Of a stretch of 64,000 bases of DNA, positions 20,207 to 28,028 are shown in pieces. Source of the stretch: a bacterium. Its GTDB lineage: Bacteria; Actinomycetota; Acidimicrobiia; Spongiisociales; JAENVV01. The translations under genes were made by a program, and so were the position numbers. The notes beneath the pieces are model-generated. The model was not told where the DNA came from, did no database searches, and saw only the letters and a program-made list of their open reading frames with translations. Location of the stretch: assembly GCA_024641305.1 (NCBI GenBank), contig JAHEDI010000004.1, positions 2,126 to 66,125 on the forward strand, written 5' to 3'. Numbering within the stretch: position 1 is the stretch's first letter; every line of letters begins with the position of its first letter.

Positions 20207-21541
20207 TCAACCGTCGAGATCAAGCTGTTCGATGAGGGCAGCTGGATCAACTCCGGCTCGATCGGACGTGAGTTGATCGACGATAACGCGGTCCTTCAGG
20301 GTGGTCGGTTCTGGTTCACTGAGGAGCAGTCCGTCAGGCGCCCGAACGAGGACCACATCGGCCAGCTCACTCGGATCCTGGTGGTTGCCGGTGACCATCA
20401 CGATGCCGCCCGTGTCGAGTTCGAGCAGCGATCCCACCGGATACACGCCAACCATCTTGATGAAGGTCTGCACAAGGTCAGGGTCGTACAAAGACCCGGC
20501 CCCCTGAAGCAGTACCCGCAGGGCACGGTTGGGCGTTTCGGCTCGCCGGTAACTGCGCCGGGTGGTCAGTGCGTCATATGTGTCGGCGGTGGACACCAGA
20601 CGACTGAAGAAGTGGGCGGGGCGCGAGTAGGTCAGATTTGGATATCCCTGCCGGTCATACCGGGCGTGATGTTCGAACGCGACGACCGCAGCAATCTCCT
20701 GACCAGGGGCAGCCGCAGCCAAAATGGCAGCAGCACCCTCCTGTGGGTGGAGCTTGATCTCGGCCCACTGCTCGGTATCGAGGCGTCCGGGCCATTGCAG
20801 GGTTTGGAGGGGAACCCGAACTTTGCCAATGTCGTGAAGTAATGCGCCGACGGCCAGAAGCTTGATCTCCTCTTCGGCTAGACCAACCATCCTCGCCAGA
20901 GCGATGGCGAGGATACAAACGTTTACGGAGTGGTAGAACGTGTATTCGTCGTGGCTCTTCATGGTCGAGAGCAACACGGAGGCGGCCGGCTGGGAGAGCG
21001 TTTGCTCGACAAGTTGTTCAACGACCCACGTGGCTCCCGTCAAGTCGAACGACTCATCCGAATCGAGTGCCAGGGACACGCCGCGCAGAACATCAAGCGA
21101 CCGGGCATATGAGCGACGAAGGCCCGTAAATCCGGTGTCGGTTTCGAGCTCCGATCGGGAGTACGGTCGCTCGTTCAGACGGATGGTGCCTTCAGCGGGC
21201 ACATCACCAGATGTCGCCGCCAGGAAGGCGGCCAGGTCATGGACATCGCCCCGAGAAACTCTTGAGGTCAACGTGACAGAATCCACCCCGCGAGCTTGCA
21301 TGTCGCGCAGCAAACGGTTGAACTCCAGCGAGGCGTGCGGCAAGATCGTACGTTCCAGGTACAAAGAATCGCCGATGATCGTGATGGATGTCTCGGCGGA
21401 GTCGTCCAATAGGACGTTGGCCGCGTCGGTCGCCTTGTTCACTACCTCCACCAGGGCGGGATGTTCTTCGGGGTAGAGCGCCATCTGGCGGCTTGCCGAC
21501 CGGAGATGGTTAAAGAAGTCGCGCGTTCGCTGATCGCTCAT
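20207..21541 (-). CDS. HD-GYP domain phosphodiesterase with an about 200-aa N-terminal domain of unknown function
   Basis: It has LLHDIGKV and HHARYDRQGYP. Its start overlaps the stop of the upstream HEAT-repeat gene at 21541. Confidence 0.8.
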   Translation of the reverse strand: MSDQRTRDFFNHLRSASRQMALYPEEHPALVEVVNKATDAANVLLDDSAETSITIIGDSLYLERTILPHASLEFNRLLRDMQARGVDSVTLTSRVSRGDVHDLAAFLAATSGDVPAEGTIRLNERPYSRSELETDTGFTGLRRSYARSLDVLRGVSLALDSDESFDLTGATWVVEQLVEQTLSQPAASVLLSTMKSHDEYTFYHSVNVCILAIALARMVGLAEEEIKLLAVGALLHDIGKVRVPLQTLQWPGRLDTEQWAEIKLHPQEGAAAILAAAAPGQEIAAVVAFEHHARYDRQGYPNLTYSRPAHFFSRLVSTADTYDALTTRRSYRRAETPNRALRVLLQGAGSLYDPDLVQTFIKMVGVYPVGSLLELDTGGIVMVTGNHQDPSELADVVLVRAPDGLLLSEPEPTTLKDRVIVDQLTSDRAGVDPAALIEQLDLDG

Positions 21542-23457
21542 CAGGTGTCCCTTCGTCGGAGTGCGGTCCGGGCCGCTTCGCGCAAACCGCGAGCCTGGGC
21601 ACCCACTACCAACCGCTTTTTGGCTATGACTGTGAGGATTTCCGTGCCGGGTCCGCTATGGCCCGCCCCCAAGGCCAGAATCACCCGAACCTTGTCACTA
21701 TGGCGAGTACGACGATCATTCAGCACCGCCACGAGTACCCCTTCTGATTCAGACGTCCCGGCTGTACCAAGCATTCCAATGCTCGCATGGCGGACCTTCT
21801 CATCCTCATCGCCTATCGCCTTGGCAAGTCGCTGGACCGATCCAGAGCCACTCGTTCCAAGTGCCCGGAGCGCTTCAAGCCGAACCCGGGAATCAGGATG
21901 CTCCCCTGCGGCCACCACGGCCTCGTGGGCGGTCGTGGTTGCGGTCTCACGCAAAACGGTTAGCAAATTCCGCACGACGTACCAGCGTTCGTCACTTAGC
22001 CGGTTTACGATCGGCGCCGGATCTTCAGCCGCTATCTGGCTGAGAAGACCCACGAGCAGCCGACGCCGATTCCGCCCCTCTTCCTCGGCCAATAGATCGA
22101 TCATCGCGTTCACGGCCTTGGGCCCGAGGGCCTGCAACAACCGCAGGGCTGATTCCTGGGCGGAACCCTTCTCGGGCTCCCCTTCCCCCTTTTCGGCTGC
22201 CACAGCCACGATGTGGTTCAGGATTTCAGGACTGGCGATTTGGGAAAGGGAATAGTCGACATCGCTCTCCCGGTGGGGCGCATAGGTCGGTTTGGCGGTG
22301 ACCGACCTGAGCCAGAGTTCTGCCCGACGAAAATCGGATGCCCTGACCGAAGCCGAGACTTTTCCCACCCAGACCCGCATGAGTCTTCGGAAACGATCGT
22401 CGCGATCCTCCACGGCCAATAACCCGCGGAACACCTCAAGGGAATCGTAGAAGTAGCGACGCGGGTCGGGGAATTTGTCCTGGACGATCGCCAGGAACTG
22501 CGCACTGGCTTCAGCGGCTTTGGCCAACTCGCCGAGGCGCTCCTGAACCTTGGCTGCGGCTACCTCACGAACCGATTGCAGGGCTTCAGGGTTCTTGAGG
22601 ATCCCGAGCACTTCCTCCGGCCGATTATCGGCCTGATCTGTGGCAACCCGGGCGTAATCGAGGAGGAGCGCCAGCCCTTGTGAATCGAGTCGCGGGGCCA
22701 GCTTGGCAAGTTCGTGGCCGGCAAATTGATCAAGAAAAGCCCGATCGAACTGTTCGTCCGAGTCCAGAAAACGGCGAAACACCCCCAGTTGGGAGGGTTC
22801 GTCCAGGTAGAAGAACGCCTCGACAAAGGCTTGCACGACACCTTCTCGACCGAAGATGTCTGTGTCGGTGAGGTGCTCGAGCGTCTCGTGATACCGATCG
22901 TAGAAGACCACAATGACCGCTTCAGATTCACCTCCGGCTTCGGCGATGAGAGCTTCGGCGAAGGCCGCCGCATCGACGCCTTCGTCGAGGACCTCCTGGA
23001 CCCTGCCATCACGGTCGGGGGCGTCCTCGGACCCAACCACCCGGAGCATCGAGCGTTGGGCGACCGAGAAACTAACCACCCCATCGCGCCGGAGCTCCGC
23101 TTCGATACCGCCCGAAGCCCCCGAGCTTGATTCGTCTTTGGCGAGACTCCTGAACAATCGGTCGACGTCTCGCGGGCTCGGGGCGGCCACGACCGACAGC
23201 CCTTCCACCCGATGCAGGTAGCACCGCTTGGCAAATCGGTCCGCTCCCTCACGATCGGTTTCTACGGGCTCGCCGGCGTAGGAGAATCCGGAGCTATCGA
23301 GGTCAAGGTGGATTCCATCGCTCGATGCCTCCTGAAGCAGCTCGACCGCCCGACGGAACGCTGGTTGCGATTCAGGTTCAGGGTACAGGCTGAAAACGGT
23401 CCACGCCGTCCCCAATGCCTCAACAATCGTCCCTGGTCGTGGTTCAGCCGCCATCAT
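21541..23457 (-). CDS. large hypothetical protein with C-terminal HEAT/PBS-lyase-type repeats
   Basis: The last about 200 aa contain repeated alpha-helical units (ERWYVVRNLLTVL, DSRVRLEALRALG, DEKVRHASIGMLG, SDKVRVILALG). The N-terminal 400 aa have no family I recognise. It overlaps its neighbours on both sides by 1-4 nt. Confidence 0.6.
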   Translation of the reverse strand: MMAAEPRPGTIVEALGTAWTVFSLYPEPESQPAFRRAVELLQEASSDGIHLDLDSSGFSYAGEPVETDREGADRFAKRCYLHRVEGLSVVAAPSPRDVDRLFRSLAKDESSSGASGGIEAELRRDGVVSFSVAQRSMLRVVGSEDAPDRDGRVQEVLDEGVDAAAFAEALIAEAGGESEAVIVVFYDRYHETLEHLTDTDIFGREGVVQAFVEAFFYLDEPSQLGVFRRFLDSDEQFDRAFLDQFAGHELAKLAPRLDSQGLALLLDYARVATDQADNRPEEVLGILKNPEALQSVREVAAAKVQERLGELAKAAEASAQFLAIVQDKFPDPRRYFYDSLEVFRGLLAVEDRDDRFRRLMRVWVGKVSASVRASDFRRAELWLRSVTAKPTYAPHRESDVDYSLSQIASPEILNHIVAVAAEKGEGEPEKGSAQESALRLLQALGPKAVNAMIDLLAEEEGRNRRRLLVGLLSQIAAEDPAPIVNRLSDERWYVVRNLLTVLRETATTTAHEAVVAAGEHPDSRVRLEALRALGTSGSGSVQRLAKAIGDEDEKVRHASIGMLGTAGTSESEGVLVAVLNDRRTRHSDKVRVILALGAGHSGPGTEILTVIAKKRLVVGAQARGLREAARTALRRRDT

Positions 23458-24104
23458 TCCATCGATATGAGTTCTTCACGCAACGCATACATCACAGCCT
23501 CACCGCGGGAATGCAACCCGAGCTTGTCCAGGATGTTCCGCACATGGTTCTTGACCGTATTTTCCGAGATGTACAAACGTTCGCCGATCTCGCGACTCGT
23601 GAGGCCCCTGGCAATGAACTGGAGCACCTCCACCTCGCGACCGGTCAACGCCGGCTTTCGAGCGCTAACCACATCCTTGTGGCGCAGCAATTGAGCGACG
23701 GTCCCAAACAGCTTTCCGAGCATCGCCGGCGAGACAACCGCACCGCCGTGGACCACCGCCTCGATCCCGGCGACCAGTTCTGGAAGCGGCGTGGTCTTGA
23801 CGATGTAGCCCATGGCACCCGAGCGGATCGCCGCCAGAAGATCTTCGCCGGACTCCGACGAAGTCAGCAAAACCACCTTCGTTTTCGGAGCAGCCAGAAT
23901 GATCTTGTCCACGACGTCAAGACCGGAGATTCCCGGCATCAGAACGTCGAGAACGACAATGTCAGGCTGTAGCTGTGACGCCTTGGCAACCGCCGCCATG
24001 GCATCTTGGGCTTCCCCAACCACGTCGAGGCCCGCCCCACCGAGAGCGGACGTCAGCCCGGCTTGAAAAAGCACGGCATCGTCGACGACCAGAACACTTG
24101 TCAT
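23454..24104 (-). CDS. two-component response regulator, NarL/LuxR family (REC plus HTH)
   Basis: It has the receiver Asp pocket (VLVVDD, VLDVLMPG) and a C-terminal LuxR-type HTH (LTGREVEVLQFIARGLTSREIGERLYISENTVKNHV). Confidence 0.85.
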   Translation of the reverse strand: MTSVLVVDDAVLFQAGLTSALGGAGLDVVGEAQDAMAAVAKASQLQPDIVVLDVLMPGISGLDVVDKIILAAPKTKVVLLTSSESGEDLLAAIRSGAMGYIVKTTPLPELVAGIEAVVHGGAVVSPAMLGKLFGTVAQLLRHKDVVSARKPALTGREVEVLQFIARGLTSREIGERLYISENTVKNHVRNILDKLGLHSRGEAVMYALREELISME

Positions 24105-24637
24105 CGAGGTTCGATCAAGCCATATGCTCCGTCGCGACGACGATAGAGGACACTGTCCAGATCCGTGTCGGCGTTGCGAAAGTAAAAGAATTCGTGTCCG
24201 AGCATGTCGAGTTGAAGGATCGCTTCCTCAGGTGTCATCGGCTTGAGTTGAAATTGCTTGACCCGAACGATCTCAGGCTCGATTTGATCGCCAGTGGCCG
24301 GAGTGTCGGATTTGTCCTGACGAGGCTGACGGGATCGCTGGACCATACGATCGCGCAGTCGACGAAGCTGCTTCTCAAATCGGTCAACCGCCAGATCGAG
24401 GGCCGCCATCGGGGTGGACGATGCCGACTCGACCCGTACCAGATGACCGCCTGCCCGACACGTGATCTCAACGCGGTATTTCTCAGGAGCCAGCCGGGGG
24501 TTCTGTTCTTCCGACAATTCGACATCGGCGTCCCCGGTGCCCTCGAAAAAGCGAGCAGCATGGGCGATCTTGGATTCGGCGGCTTCGCGAAACTCTTGAT
24601 CGATGTCAACGTGGCGGCTGTGGAGCTGAACTATCAA
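24101..24637 (-). CDS. hpf: ribosome hibernation promoting factor (long form)
   Basis: It has an N-terminal S30AE/RaiA domain and a C-terminal dimerisation domain. It overlaps the start of the response-regulator gene by 4 nt. Confidence 0.85.
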   Translation of the reverse strand: MIVQLHSRHVDIDQEFREAAESKIAHAARFFEGTGDADVELSEEQNPRLAPEKYRVEITCRAGGHLVRVESASSTPMAALDLAVDRFEKQLRRLRDRMVQRSRQPRQDKSDTPATGDQIEPEIVRVKQFQLKPMTPEEAILQLDMLGHEFFYFRNADTDLDSVLYRRRDGAYGLIEPR

Positions 24638-24649
24638 GATGACCCCATT

Positions 24650-25246
24650 TCATCGTCGTGATCGCAGACTAGTCACTTCGGATGCCGATGTGGCGACCAC
24701 TGATTGCACAATTATCGGGAAATTTGCCTGCAACGTTCCGACCGCATGAGCCAACGTCGAACCGGTCGTCAGAACATCATCGACGACAACCAACCTGACA
24801 AGACCACGGCCCAATTCCTTCGCTTGCACGGTGAAAATCGGAGCTTGTCGATCGGCGGCACGGGCCCCGGCATTGGCAGGTGACCACCAGGCGGGATGCA
24901 AGGCAGCGACCACAGGCAATCCCAATTCGGCGGCTACCACCCTGGCCAATTCAAGGCTCTGATCGATGCCGTACCGCCACCGGCGCAGGTGTACCCGTGG
25001 TACGTACGTAACGGCGTCAACGGGGACCCTGACCTGACCGGCCATTGCACCGCCAAGAACCCGACCGGCGGACCGGATCCCTTCATACTTGAGTCGGTGG
25101 ACGAGCACTCTGGCCGGCCCACTGTGCTCGAATGCGGCCCGCACGACCCGGCCGACGACCAGCCGATCGGCGGCCGGCCGCAACCGGCGGCTGCACCCTT
25201 CACACACATAGCGAGCTGACCACGCACGACATGCCAAACAGACCAT
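24650..25246 (-). CDS. ComF family phosphoribosyltransferase-domain protein
   Basis: It has an N-terminal zinc ribbon (CLACRAW...CEGC) and a PRTase motif (VVVDDVLTTGST). It sits next to hpf and secA as in mycobacteria. Confidence 0.75.
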   Translation of the reverse strand: MVCLACRAWSARYVCEGCSRRLRPAADRLVVGRVVRAAFEHSGPARVLVHRLKYEGIRSAGRVLGGAMAGQVRVPVDAVTYVPRVHLRRWRYGIDQSLELARVVAAELGLPVVAALHPAWWSPANAGARAADRQAPIFTVQAKELGRGLVRLVVVDDVLTTGSTLAHAVGTLQANFPIIVQSVVATSASEVTSLRSRR

Positions 25247-25313
25247 GGACCGATCGTATGCTGCGGTAGGGACATTTCTCTGTCCACCGCCGGCAACGCC
25301 CGGATGTGCGCAC

Positions 25314-25484
25314 CTACGATCTGGTCGCGTCCGCCAGGATCATGTTGGCGATACCATCAACCACCGCGTACCTGAGGCCACACTTCGTGCACACAAGTGT
25401 GGACGCCTCAAGGTCTTCGGTGAGATCGCCGTGGCAGTCGGTACAGACAAGGATCGCCGCCAGTCGCTGGTCGATCAGACCCAT
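25314..25484 (-). CDS. Trm112-like small zinc-finger protein
   Basis: It has CTDC...CTKC. A GGAGG sits 5 nt upstream of the ATG at 25482-25484. Only 1 nt separates it from the manB stop. Confidence 0.65.
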   Translation of the reverse strand: MGLIDQRLAAILVCTDCHGDLTEDLEASTLVCTKCGLRYAVVDGIANMILADATRS

Positions 25485-25485
25485 T

Positions 25486-26859
25486 TCAACCTCCGATAAT
25501 CGATTGAATTTGATGAAGAAGCGCTTCGACCCGCTCGTCCGTACTCGCTTCGACGTTGATCCGAAGAACGGGTTCGGTATTTGACGCCCGAACATTGAAC
25601 CACTCATCGGCCCAACCGACGGTCAGCCCATCAAGACCATCCTGAGTGCCATCGCCAAAAGCAGCTGCCAGCCGCTCGATCGCCCCAGCCTTATCGACGA
25701 CCGACAGGTTGATTTCACCAGATTGGCAATACGGCTCCACTGTCGAGCGCAATTCGGAGAGGGGCCTGCCGGCTTCCGACATGACCTGGAGGAGAACCAA
25801 CATCGCCAGCATGCCGCTATCGGCTCGGAAGTTCTCCTTGAAGTAGTAATGGCCGCTGTGTTCGCCGCCGAAAACCGCCCCCGTCTCGGCCATGATCTGT
25901 TTGATATAACTGTGCCCGACCTTGGTCCGGATCGGGACACCGCCAGCTTTGAGAATGGTTTCGGCCACCGCCCTGGACGTAATGAGGTTATGGACGATCG
26001 AAGCTCCTGGTTTCCTTTCAAGAAACCACCGGGCGATGAGGGCGGTCGTAGTGGACCCCGATAGCGGCACGCCGAGTTCGTCGACGAAAAACGCTCGGTC
26101 GGCATCCCCATCAAAGGCGACGCCGAGGTCGGGATGATCCCTCACCACGAGTTCGACGAGGTCGACGAGGTTCTCTGGCTCAAGCGGGTTGGCAGGATGA
26201 TTTGGGAACGTCCCATCAGGCTCAAGATAAAGACCGACCAGCGAAGCCGCCGTTCGGGCAAAGACGTCCTCGACCACCACTCCCGCCATCCCATTGCCAC
26301 CATCGACCGCCACTTTCAGATCCGAGATGGCTGCTGCGTCGACAATCGAAAAGAGATGGTCAATGTATCCGCCTGCGATCGAGACCGTACGACGTCCACC
26401 TTGCGGAGCGACGTCTGGCAACGACTCCCCCGCCATCTGGCGAATATCGATGAGGCCGGATTCAACCCCGATCGGGCTGGCACCAGGGCCACACAACTTG
26501 ATCCCGTTGTATTCCGATGGATTGTGCGAGGCCGTGATCATGACTCCAGGCACCTCTTGAGCGCCTGAGGCGTAGTAGATCATGTCGGTAGCCACTTCAC
26601 CGGCATCGGCGACACTCAAGCCCCCGACCTGGATTCCAGTCATAAGAGCATCAGCCAACCACGGCGAGGAGTCGCGACAATCACGCCCGACGACGACCTC
26701 GAGGACGTTGGGATATTGGGCGGAAATGAAGCCGGCAAAGGCCCGGCCGATAGCCCGAGCCGCCTCGCCGTCCAGCTCACCAGTGTCGGTTCGCCCACGA
26801 ATGTCATAGGCCTTGAAGATGGCGTCGAGCTGAATTTGAGACTCCGTTGGCAGGGCCAA
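25486..26859 (-). CDS. manB: phosphomannomutase / phosphoglucomutase
   Basis: It has KAYDIRG, the active-site TASHNP, and GDGDADR. The ORF-track start at 27060 is an extension. The real start is near the TTG at 26857-26859. Confidence 0.85.
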   Translation of the reverse strand: MALPTESQIQLDAIFKAYDIRGRTDTGELDGEAARAIGRAFAGFISAQYPNVLEVVVGRDCRDSSPWLADALMTGIQVGGLSVADAGEVATDMIYYASGAQEVPGVMITASHNPSEYNGIKLCGPGASPIGVESGLIDIRQMAGESLPDVAPQGGRRTVSIAGGYIDHLFSIVDAAAISDLKVAVDGGNGMAGVVVEDVFARTAASLVGLYLEPDGTFPNHPANPLEPENLVDLVELVVRDHPDLGVAFDGDADRAFFVDELGVPLSGSTTTALIARWFLERKPGASIVHNLITSRAVAETILKAGGVPIRTKVGHSYIKQIMAETGAVFGGEHSGHYYFKENFRADSGMLAMLVLLQVMSEAGRPLSELRSTVEPYCQSGEINLSVVDKAGAIERLAAAFGDGTQDGLDGLTVGWADEWFNVRASNTEPVLRINVEASTDERVEALLHQIQSIIGG

Positions 26860-26868
26860 CCATGATAG

Positions 26869-26900
26869 GCCGGATCTAGATCGTCCGGCTGGCTCTAGAC
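26869..26900. promoter_or_regulatory. GCCGGA-TCTAGATCG-TCCGGC palindrome plus a second TCTAGA 20 nt away, in the divergent manB / GT2 promoter region
   Basis: It was read from the sequence. It carries two CTAG-containing palindromes about two helical turns apart, in a high-GC background. Confidence 0.35.
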
Positions 26901-26907
26901 TCTGATC

Positions 26908-27633
26908 ATGCCTTTGCTTTCCATTGTTGTGCCGGTTCACAACGAGGCCGCCTACATCGCAGACTTCCTTCCGGCCATGACCAACGAAATCGTCGACGCC
27001 ACCGGCAGTCCGCAAGAGTTGATCGTCGTGGAGAACGGCTCGACCGACGGCACCGCCCAACTGGCCAATGATCTCTGCGAAAATCTCCGCACCCTCGGGT
27101 GGAAAGCCGAGGTCATCTCGCTGCCGTTCCCCGACTACGGAGCCGCCATGCGAGCCGGCTTCGAACAGTCACACGGCGACTGGGTCGTGAACTTCGACAT
27201 TGACTATTTCTCGGGCCCGTTTGTTGCCGGTCTGATCGCTACAAGCGCCGACATCGTCATCGCCTCAAAACGGGCCCCTGAAAGCGAAGACCACCGCAGT
27301 CTGCTGCGCCGGACTGGCACATTCGGATTCAACGTGCTTCTTAAATTCCTCGTTGGATCAACGGTCACGGATACCCATGGAATCAAGGCATTCCGAAGGA
27401 CGGTCATCGATTCCATGCTGGATACGGTGCAGTCCAACAAGGATCTCTTCGATACCGAACTGGTCATCCGATCCGAACGAGCCGGCTTCTCCATTGCCGA
27501 GGTACCGATCATCGTGGAAGAACGTCGGGCGGCCAGAACCCCCTTTGTGAAGCGAATCCCACGAACACTCAAAGGACTGGTTCAGCTCCGGGCATCGTTC
27601 GAAAGAGAACGTCGGAACACCAGGTCTCGATAA
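26908..27633 (+). CDS. GT2 glycosyltransferase, polyprenyl-phosphate sugar synthase type (Ppm1-D2/DPM1/GtrB-like)
   Basis: It begins LSIVVPVHNEA and has ENGSTDGT and a DxD. It is 241 aa, soluble, and carries the basic C-terminal helix typical of dolichyl/polyprenyl-phosphate hexose synthases. Confidence 0.8.
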   Translation: MPLLSIVVPVHNEAAYIADFLPAMTNEIVDATGSPQELIVVENGSTDGTAQLANDLCENLRTLGWKAEVISLPFPDYGAAMRAGFEQSHGDWVVNFDIDYFSGPFVAGLIATSADIVIASKRAPESEDHRSLLRRTGTFGFNVLLKFLVGSTVTDTHGIKAFRRTVIDSMLDTVQSNKDLFDTELVIRSERAGFSIAEVPIIVEERRAARTPFVKRIPRTLKGLVQLRASFERERRNTRSR

Positions 27634-28028
27634 CCGGCAAACTTCGGAAAAAGAACCAGTACGGTAGCGGCGACCTTGGCGCCGTTGAAGGCCGCCAGGT
27701 TGTCTCCGAACCACAGTTCAGCCAGTGCCACAAACCCGGACGTTACGGCCAGAGCGAATCCATTGACCAGGAAGAACGCCGCCGTCTCGCGCATCGACTT
27801 CTTCCCGTCGGTGATCAAGAACGTGAAACGACGGTTCATCAAATATGAGGCGCCGGTGGCGGTGGTAAACGCCAGCACAACCGAGACTTGGGAAGAAAAG
27901 CCCAAACCAGCTTTGAAGACATTGGCCAGCACAAAATCAAGAACCGTATTCAAGCCGCCAATGACGGCCAGCCTCATGAACTGATTGGCGCTGGTCCGGT
28001 TGAAGAAGCTCAGCAAATAGGCTTTCAT
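27582..28028 (-). CDS. GtrA family small membrane protein (flippase of polyprenyl-P-sugar systems)
   Basis: It is 148 aa with four predicted TM helices and resembles the GtrA family (LNTVLDFVL..., RRFTF). It overlaps the upstream large membrane protein gene by 4 nt. Confidence 0.75.
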   Translation of the reverse strand: MKAYLLSFFNRTSANQFMRLAVIGGLNTVLDFVLANVFKAGLGFSSQVSVVLAFTTATGASYLMNRRFTFLITDGKKSMRETAAFFLVNGFALAVTSGFVALAELWFGDNLAAFNGAKVAATVLVLFPKFAGYRDLVFRRSLSNDARS

